From positions 3,690,741 to 3,754,740 of the forward strand of contig OZ037768.1 in NCBI GenBank assembly GCA_964035545.1: DNA of 64,000 nt, read 5' to 3'. Origin of the DNA: Bugula neritina (taxonomy: Eukaryota; Animalia; Bryozoa). Positions 49,324-64,000 of the stretch are shown here, piece after piece (the first letter of the stretch is position 1; each line of letters starts with the position of its first letter). Below the pieces are notes generated by a model. That model was not told the origin of the DNA. It ran no database searches and was given only the letters and a program-made list of their open reading frames with translations. The translations under genes were made by a program, and so were the position numbers.

Positions 49324-50144
49324 ACAAAATATAAAACTGGTTATTAGTAGATCATAAGCCCTGGACATCAGCTTCATCTGTAATTCAAATCGTAAGCCTG
49401 TAGGCTGTAACACTATCACTAACACTAACAGTAAGTGTAACAGTAACACCATAATCACTGATGATGATAATACTAACTTCTAAGAGTAAGAGTAAGTCTA
49501 ATGTTATTGTTATACTTGTAGTAAAATAGTTAAAAAAGTAATGTTATACTTTCAACTTAATCTTATAGTTATACTAAGAGTAAGAGCAAGTTAAAGTTCT
49601 ACCTATGGTTACTGTTAGTGTTATTCTACGACCTCACGACTACTCAGTCTGAGTCTCACGTCTAGTTCTGATGTGACTAACTCTAAGACTTAAGAGTAAG
49701 TCACTTACATTTTGATATAGTTTCACAATTGATCACTTATTATTATAGTATTAGTTGTGTTATTGTAATGGTAAATATGTTACTGTTAATTTAAAATTTA
49801 AATAATAACCAATGATTTAAATTTACTTCAATTATAAATTTACTTTCAAGTTTTAGTGAATCAAAATATTTATATTATGAACTAATACTAATAGTAATAC
49901 TATTACTATTAGTTTATAATATAAATATTAATAATAGTAAATGGTAATATAACTTATAAGTATTAGTATAACTACGGGTAGCAATACTCAGACTGTACTC
50001 ATACAGTGATACTGGGCCTAATGTTGTAAAAACCAAACTTTGATTTGAAATTGATCAATTAATAAAATTTTCAACTTTTGTTTAAATGTTTCCATATTTT
50101 GAAATGAGAATTTTAAAATTAAGCATTTCATTTCATGTATAGCC

Positions 50145-51660
50145 ATGGAAGAGCAGTTGGCTAAAAAGCTTCAAGCAATAGAAAGTCTTGAAATAGAGGT
50201 AAGTCTTGCTACTTACAAAAAGTGTTGGTTTATTTTGTGTTTATTTTGTCATTCTTTTTAAATTTGTAATATGCATTGAATATAAAAGTATCACTATCAG
50301 TATGGTTTTTTTCATAAATATATGAGATAGAGTTACAGCTAACTTTAAAACTACCCAACATACTGTATTATTATTATTATTATTTAAATTTTCTACATCT
50401 ACCAAGTGTAAAAATTATGCATTATAAAAATTCCACTGTTGAATAAATGAAAATGGCTAATGAAAGCGTTAAGTGAATGATGCTCACTACTAAGCTGTAA
50501 AATGTTTAACGCATGCATTTCAGTATGTTGATAATAATCAGTAAATGTTAAGCTGATTCTGATTGCTATTTTTGGTTAGATAATTTTATAACAGGTGGGT
50601 TTGTTGACAGCAGCCAGTTAATGTTTGTTTCAACTAATCTGAGATAGTATCCTAATGTTTGCAGATCTTCAATTTGGAAAAGGTCTTTGAGAATGACAGT
50701 TTACAATCACTGGTAAGCATGTATTATCTATTCAGAGTATTGCCATATTTTGCTTTTTTTTCCAAAGGATTTTATTGATGTGTGTGGGTGTGTATCTATA
50801 TATAAATAATATATATATGTATTTACTTGCTTCAAAACCAATGTTGTATTCATTTGTTCCTTAATTTATTGTTTTGTTAGCAAGAAGAGTTGGCATTTGT
50901 TGAACAACAAATAGTTTATGATCAAAAGGATGTTGAATCATATGAAAAATTAACTGCGGATATGCAGTTTAATATTGAATGGCACAAGAAACACAAGAAA
51001 AGTAAAAACACTGCTTCAGATGAGTATGATCAATTAATATCTGATATTTATATCTGTTTTTTATTTTGAGATAAATTAATATTAATAATCTATTTTCTAT
51101 AAGTTTCAAAGTTTATAATTTGCAATAAGCCTCAAAACACTGCGTAAAATTGTTTCGCTATTAGTGCCATTATGCAAAGTGAAAATTTGTTTTGTCTGGT
51201 ATTTACAGCAACAGTTAGTTAGTTGATGATATGATCTTACAAAATAATGGCATTACATTTTTAAATTGTTAGTTTAGAGATGATGAAGAATGCCTTGGGA
51301 GAATTCAACAGTATATATATCCAGGCTTATGATGCATTCAGTGGAACTTTACATCTCCACTTTTGGCCATTTTCTCTTAATCAACCAGTAAATATTGAGC
51401 TGCATTTGGATGGTGGAAAGATTAGAATTGATAGTATTCATGTAAGTTTAGTGTTTTACTGAGATATGAAGTTACTTCAGTTGGTAAACATTACAGGTGA
51501 CCCATTTGTGAAAACTTTGTTAGCCACCCATATTTTGTGAAAATATATTTTGATTTATCATTCCAGACTTGATATGGACACTAAAGTCGGACTAGAGAGT
51601 ACCCAGTTTGCATATTTGTTTCAGTTTTGCTGGGATATTTATGATGATTTTGTATTGTGA
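50145..51660 (+). CDS. Uncharacterised small protein: N-terminal coiled coil plus a small alpha/beta domain; 3' end uncertain
   Basis: GCCATGG Kozak context. Exons 50145-50198, 50665-50712, 50881-51023 and 51273-51441 join in frame with strong GT-AG sites (MEEQLAKKLQAIESLEIE|IFNLEKVF...|QEELAFVEQQ...|LEMMKNALGEF...IDSIH). Terminal exon ambiguous. Confidence 0.65.
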
Positions 51661-52125
51661 ATAACATACACACAAATTGTATGTTTTTTTAGTCTCAAAA
51701 CGAAAAGTTGAACTCGCTCCTTACGAACAATAGAAACCTATTAGAAATGATGGAAGCTACAGATTTACACAGGTTAACAATAACACTTATGAAAATAATT
51801 GATTCACAATTGATATAAACTTAAACATGTACAAATGATTGCAAATATTAGAACTACTGCTAATCAGTTTACTGGTTTTTTTTATAATCTAGCTGTTTTT
51901 CTCAGTATATAGTTCAGAGAATATATCTTTATAATATATGGTGAAATTTATATATTTTTACACACACGTACACACAATAAATAAAAATATACTTATCTAT
52001 AAAAAACATAACTTGTTTATCAACAGCGTGGTATTGACCTATAAATTAAAAATCTTATAAATTAATACTTGTATTAATGTTGCATAGTAGATTTAGTCAT
52101 TGAAAAGCGTATCATTTAGCTGAAA

Positions 52126-54620
52126 TTATTGAGTATGACTGTTTTTTACTGAGCATTTGGGGTACTGCATAGACAATTGGTAAATATGTTCGTCTGTTAT
52201 TTTACCACAGAAACTAAGATCCAGAAATACCATGTTTCTACAGCATCCTAGCACTCTTTGTACACCAGCCAGTGTTACTGAACTATTTCCTAACAAGTCC
52301 AGTTGTTCTAAATCTGGACAGTGTTTGGCTATAGCCATCAGTTCTTTTTCGCTTATACTACGATTGGCTGTTAAATACAGCTTCCTTAATGCATTGCAGC
52401 ATTTAAGTAACTCAACGAGACATCCATCTTGTACATCAATTTTTGAGCACCATCCTACAAATTAGATGTATTTAGTATAATATTCTTGTCTAGCTTAGGC
52501 TATTTTAGACAAGCTTCAAACACAACAAAATTATGACACCAGGTTATCATGGTATACAATATTTACCCAAATCTAAAGAAAGTAAATGCTTAGATCTCTG
52601 TGCCAAATAGTTGATGCCTGTAGACGTAAGTGACTTGGCTCTCCAAAGATCCAAACTTTTCATTGAAGGACAGTTTGAAGATGCTTTATCAATGACCTAG
52701 AAAAGCATCGCCCATTATTTTTCCAGACATTGTTGTAGTATAAGCTCAGAACCTGTAACCTTCAACTATCCAAAAGTAAGAGAAATTATTTTTCTGTAAT
52801 TTTAAAGGCAAGAATTTACCTGGTTATAATCTTGTATATAAAAACATGCACCCAAGTTGAGGTGTTGTAATCTTTGGCACATCTGGACAATAGACATTGC
52901 ACAAGTCGTGTCAACGGCAGTATTGTACAAATTCAACCTACAAAGTTGATCACAGCTTGTGATGGATTTGTCTAAACAAAAGTCCAACACCCACTCAATG
53001 AACATATGCAACAGAGAACACTCGAATATAGCTTTACCTCTCACCTCACAAGTTTGCTGAGAATTGCGATAACCTGCAATGAACTGCAACTCAAGTACTT
53101 CACTGTGGAAGACACATCCAACTCCGTTAGATTTTGGCAGAGTGAAATAATACTTTTAAAGCGCTCATCAGTTAGGGCACAACATGACAAATCTAATCGA
53201 CAAAGCGTTGGTACTTGCACTATTTGTAGGAGTGATTGAGAATTTAGCATTTCATTATGGGCACCACACCATGATAGTCGTAAAGAACGGATTCTCTTAC
53301 ATTTGTTGACAAATCCATCAAGTGAAGATTTTTTCAAAATAAACCAATATGGCTGTAAATTAAGGTGTTGGTGTTGAGGAAGCAATGGATTGTAGCAATG
53401 TCTGTAAAACAGCGTAGATACTTGAGCAAGCTTGCATATGTCGTTGAGTGGTAGGTAAGACAAAATATTAAATATGATTTCTCCAGGCAACAGATCAAAG
53501 CACCCATTATCAAAGGATGAGGAATCTTGAGGAATTTCTTTTTCATCATTTGAATCAATGTTTAATCCTTCAACACATTGAGCCAAAGAGATATCATCAA
53601 CATTGACATCACATTTTCTACAAACACAGAATTACCACAATATCTAAAACTTGAATATTACAAAGAAGCTATGACAGTAGGGTTTACATAACAAGCTTGT
53701 ATGATGCACTACATAGGATATGTTTAGTCATTGTTACCCAACAAGCTCAACAGCATCCAGCTCTGTGTAGTAGGCTATGTTAAAACTATTGAACTCTAAG
53801 CAGATAACACGACTAGGAAATGGTGGTGACTCTATCAACGGGCTGAATATTCTGGCACTTTGCTCGGTTACTGGCGGGCAACCGCCTTTAATTTCCCACA
53901 TCACAAACCTAAAGCAAGAAATATTTGATTTTAAAACCACTTTTTTTAGAAACTTAATTTGCACACATTCCAAAAAAAGTCTTGTTTCTGATAGTTTTAT
54001 GCCTGTTAAATAATTCCCTCACTGTACAACATGGCTTATTAAATAAAAAATAAATTAATAACACAGCTAAGTTAATACTAAAAGTTAATGCTATCTACCT
54101 ACAATATGGCTCCTGAGAATTCATTGCTTTAAATCACATGGTGAAACTTTAGAGAATTTAACAGCTTACTTACCATTGATGGGAAGAATTAGATGCAGAT
54201 TCATCAAATGCCAGTATTCTCACAATCGCTCCTGGATTGTATGTTTCATAAATATTGATTCCAGTTATGTATGTCTTCTGTTCAAAATGCATTTCAATGA
54301 AGTCGTCACTAGAAAAGTATCTCTGACTTAAATTATCAAGTGAATGTGAAGTTTCGGGTGCATTCTTCCACCATTTTCCTAAAACAGTTATTTTGAAAAT
54401 AAAAACTTTCAACAAATAGTAATAAAGGGATACATCTTACCAATAAATTGAAATCTGAACTCTTACCATATGTACGGAGAACACAGCTTTGTATGAAATC
54501 GCCGTATGATGGATATGAAGAAGGTTCGCCTACTATGTTGGCAATAACATAAGATGTAGAGTTGTTGGCACCATACTGCGAACTGAAATTGCCAACAGAT
54601 GAAACATACTGTCTCAACAT
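52126..54620 (-). CDS. FBXL4: F-box and leucine-rich repeat protein 4
   Basis: QYVSSVGNFSSQYG...YGDFIQSCVLRTYGKWW, IYETYNPGAIVRI, YYTELDAVELVG, F-box FDLLPGEIIFNILSYL, LNLQPYW, multiple Cys-containing LRRs ending LEQLDLLG...FLDLSFC. Confidence 0.93.
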
Positions 54621-55599
54621 TGCAACAAATATTATCTCTCTTCTTATATCTGAAAAATAGATTCAAATTTATGGAACAATGCATTCGTCTAAAGTGTACA
54701 ATGTTTACTTGCAAACCATGTCAATATTATACTGCATGAGAGTATATTATATATGCATGCTATAGTGATTAAGAACTAAATCCAACCATTACATTTTATA
54801 TTAATTCAATGTAAAAAAGTATATAACATTTAGTCACATTTATATGTATTGATTATAGCTCATCAGCATTTACTTGTTTTACAATAATACTATCATTGAA
54901 ATGTATAATTCAATTCAATTTATTATTGTATTTGTATTTGAACTTTTTATTTCAAAATGAATAAATAAAAACTTTATCTTCTTCTTGAACATTAACATCT
55001 CCTAAATAATAGGCTTAACAAATATCAGCAATACTTATACTAATAGTAATACCAATAATGAATGTCAATGTAATAACAATTAAGTAACATAAATATTAAC
55101 GAATTCAGGATGTTTTTATGGTTAACTTCAATACTTATACTAATACTAATTCAAATTGTAATATTTATATAGTACAATTATAATATTAATAACAGGAATT
55201 CAGGAAACAAAATTCTTTAGGTCATAGATTTGATCTTTAGATCTTAGGATAAAAGTGAAAATTAAACTTTGACAATCACAATGAATATAACTATAAGTAT
55301 AAGTATTGAGTATCAGTTTGAGTATGACTCAAGTCTGAGTCTCTCATTGAATTTTAATGTCAAAATCAAAATAATCTTTTTTATCGTTTTAATTTGAGTT
55401 CAATGAATATAAAAACTAACGCTTCAAGTTTATATAAACAAAATTTCACAGCTTGGGACATGCATGCTGTAATTTTGTTCGTCTTTGAATATGATCAAAT
55501 AAGAGCAAACATCTGTCATCACACCAAAGGCGAATGTGAACGAAATTTATATTTGCAGCAACTTGGTCAATTATAGCCTGTGTGTTAATTTACTAGCCT

Positions 55600-56140
55600 A
55601 AGTGTTAACGCTGAGAGCTTGAGTTTAAAGTTAACTGTCGAATCAAGTCATTTTAACCCCTTTTGTTGTCAAGGATTCGACCGTAACCCTATTTGTCAAC
55701 CATTAGCGAGTTTTGTTTACATTTTATAGAAGAAACAATTGACGTGTTAAGTAATGTTTAATGAATAACAATGACTAAATTTACAAACAGATCAATATAC
55801 GCCCAGAGCACAGGTAAAGTATCGTAGAAATTCGGTGTTTCAGGTTGATCGCCTTAATTTTTAGAAATATGATTTAATACGCACAGTATAAGAAAAGATC
55901 TCAATGAAATTTATGAATGAAAGTTCAGAGGGGACAAATGCCATACTCGTGCGAATAGTAGTTAACACTTGTTGAATGCCCATCCCAGCTGTTCTGATCT
56001 CAATCGTCGATATTGGCAAAGTTAAACGCGTTACTTTTATAATTCAAGTCTAGAAATGCCAATTTAAAAAATAGTTAATGTTACTAATTTTATGTGTAAT
56101 CAATTTGCCCGATTTTTACCAGTCGCAGGCTCATGTTAAA
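55600..56140. promoter_or_regulatory. Inferred bidirectional promoter region for FBXL4 / CDK4/6
   Basis: CpG-retaining complex sequence between divergent genes, flanked by periodic tracts. Confidence 0.4.
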
Positions 56141-57137
56141 CTGTCATTTGACTAAAACTAAACAATAATTGTAATAGTAATACTAATCCCAATCCCATTT
56201 TGATTTTTCAGTTTGAGTTTTACTTTTTCATTTTGGGGACTCACAGTCAGTGTTACTCACATTGATAGCGCTGAAGTCTGATTCAATCAACTGTTTTATT
56301 GCTTGACTGCCAATTCTTATTTTACTTTAATCTAAGTTTGAAGCTGACTCGCCCTCTGTAAGTAATACTTATACTAATACTAATAGTAATACTAATAGCA
56401 ATACAAATTGAAATTCAGTAGTACTAGTAGTAGCGCTAAAGGTAAAAGCTGCAAGTGAAAAATATAAGACTAAGCTTAGAGTTAAAGATAGACTTTGTGG
56501 CTAGCGTAAAAATAACTGATTTAATACATATTGATAAATGTGTCAGTCGTTTTATTATTTTGCGTAGTCACTAATCAAAGTGAAAGTCAAACAATCAGTC
56601 ATATTGATAATCATACTATTTATAGTGATAACGTTTTGTGTCTTTTATTTTGTGTAATCGTATATGTTAGACTGCAGGGGTTTCCAACCAGGGCAGAATT
56701 CCCACTAGGGGAGGGAGTTTTGAACATTCAGGGTAAAAAAAGACATGTCTGGTTTCTAATTGGTCGGTCCAGCAGTGTGAGTGTCACTGTATTTCATATA
56801 ATACTAATTATTGTATGCTTTATTTTCTTTTTTTCACAATTTTTTGTTTCTACTCTATAAAAAAAACAGCAACAGAAGTCTCATTAATTACAGAGGGACA
56901 GTTTCATGTTGTTGGTTAAAAAGATTTGTGTATGTGTCATGTGTGACTAATGACTATCTGCCAGTACTTTTACAGAAGAAAGTTTTTATTTGTTATATGT
57001 ACATATTATTTTATAGTTATTAATTGGTTTATATGTGGTTAATTAAAATTTTGTTGGACATTGGGGAAGTTTAAATTCTAAAAATTTCAAAAAGGGAAAC
57101 AGATCAAAAGTTGAGAACTTCTGTGTTTTCCAGTGTG

Positions 57138-57463
57138 AGGTAAAAATGGCACAGATAAAAATGGCATGGTAAAAACGGCACAGGTAATAGGGGCACAGAT
57201 AATAATGGCACAAATGGCAAAGTAGGTAAAAATGGCACATTTTCAATGTTAGGGTTTAGGGTTGAATTGGGTGTTTGGAATTGGGGTTTAGGTTTGGAAA
57301 TAGGGGTTTGATATTGGGGTTTAAGGGTTTGAGTTTGGGGTTTGGGACAATTTAACATCAGTGTGCCATTTTTTCCTACGTTTCCATTTGTGCCATCCTT
57401 ACCGGTGCCATTATTACCTCTGCCATTTTTACCACGCCATTTTTACCTCTGCCATTTTTACCT
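57138..57463. mobile_element. Foldback/MITE-like element with tandem subterminal repeats (ggtaaaaatggcac) in inverted arms and a telomere-like G-rich core
   Basis: Left arm AGGTAAAAATGGCA repeats 57138-57240; right arm TGCCATTTTTACCT repeats 57361-57463; core TTAGGGTTTAGGG...TTGGGGTTT. Confidence 0.8.
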
Positions 57464-58150
57464 AAATTCGTGTTTTCTATATGCAGTGAAGCTTAAGTTG
57501 ATATATTTGATATTGTGGTCTGTTTAGTCTGTTGACATTGTTGAGACCTTCACTTCACTAAAAAATAATTTTTGTTTCAAGTTTTAAAAGATAATTTCTT
57601 ACAAATTTTTATTTATAGAAGCTTGAAGTACCAATTCTTTGCTTTCAAGAAACAACATTTTGTTTCTATTAAAGACTGGGGTAACATGTTTTCAACAATA
57701 TTAACGGCTACAAATTATCAGAATATCAAACGTTATTAATCTTATTTTACAGCATATTAAAAAGTATTTTGTCCTTTTACAATAAATTTGAAATTAAAAG
57801 GTTAAGAACTCAAATTCAATATAAAGAAAATATTAATTGTGCGGCGCTCAACTAGTTTATAGAATATATTTATAAATCATTCAACGTGAAATCACAGGAA
57901 AAATGTTTTAAGTTATGCATTACATTTATAGTATAATCTGAGACCGTTGAAAATGCGTCTTTCTAATGTAAAAGTTAAAAAAAAATAATTTTTTTTACAT
58001 TCTCATTGCAATTAAATAATGTAATGCAGCCAACTTTAGATATTTAATACCCTAAATACTCATGTGTTGGAAGAGAATGCTTCATATCTTACAGAAAGAA
58101 AGTCCGCCTCTCCTGCTTAAGCATGCATTGATAGCTCACTCGCAGTTACC

Positions 58151-64000
<5,850 letters not shown>

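Overview
AT-rich, gene-dense window from an invertebrate animal genome with spliced genes and no prokaryotic features. In order it holds CREB3/Luman-like bZIP (+), ZNF706 (+), ALDH18A1/P5CS (-), a STAT5-like STAT (+), an uncharacterised N-acylated metallophosphoesterase-fold protein with degenerate metal ligands (+), HAUS5 (-), class I eIF4E (+), an uncharacterised small coiled-coil gene (+), FBXL4 (-) and a CDK4/6-like kinase (+, runs off the window). Three pairs are head-to-head. Mobile and repeat content: a tRNA-derived element, a 5'-truncated CR1/L2-type LINE with an undisrupted frame, a solo-LTR-like segment, a foldback element with a telomere-like G-rich core, a ~250-bp-arm inverted repeat with a nested hairpin, and many intronic minisatellites. 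The most unusual signal is a degenerate, strand-symmetric 6-bp-periodic 'TNA-NNN' lattice filling the ~0.4-1 kb just inside the inferred 5' end of nine of the ten genes. It brackets each divergent promoter on both sides and appears to extend into CREB3 coding exon 1. Other notable items are the predicted pseudo-phosphoesterase, a DMG (not DFG) CDK4/6, a GC-AG intron, and tandem repeats that duplicate splice sites. All gene models, TSS positions and periodicities were read by eye and are not computed.
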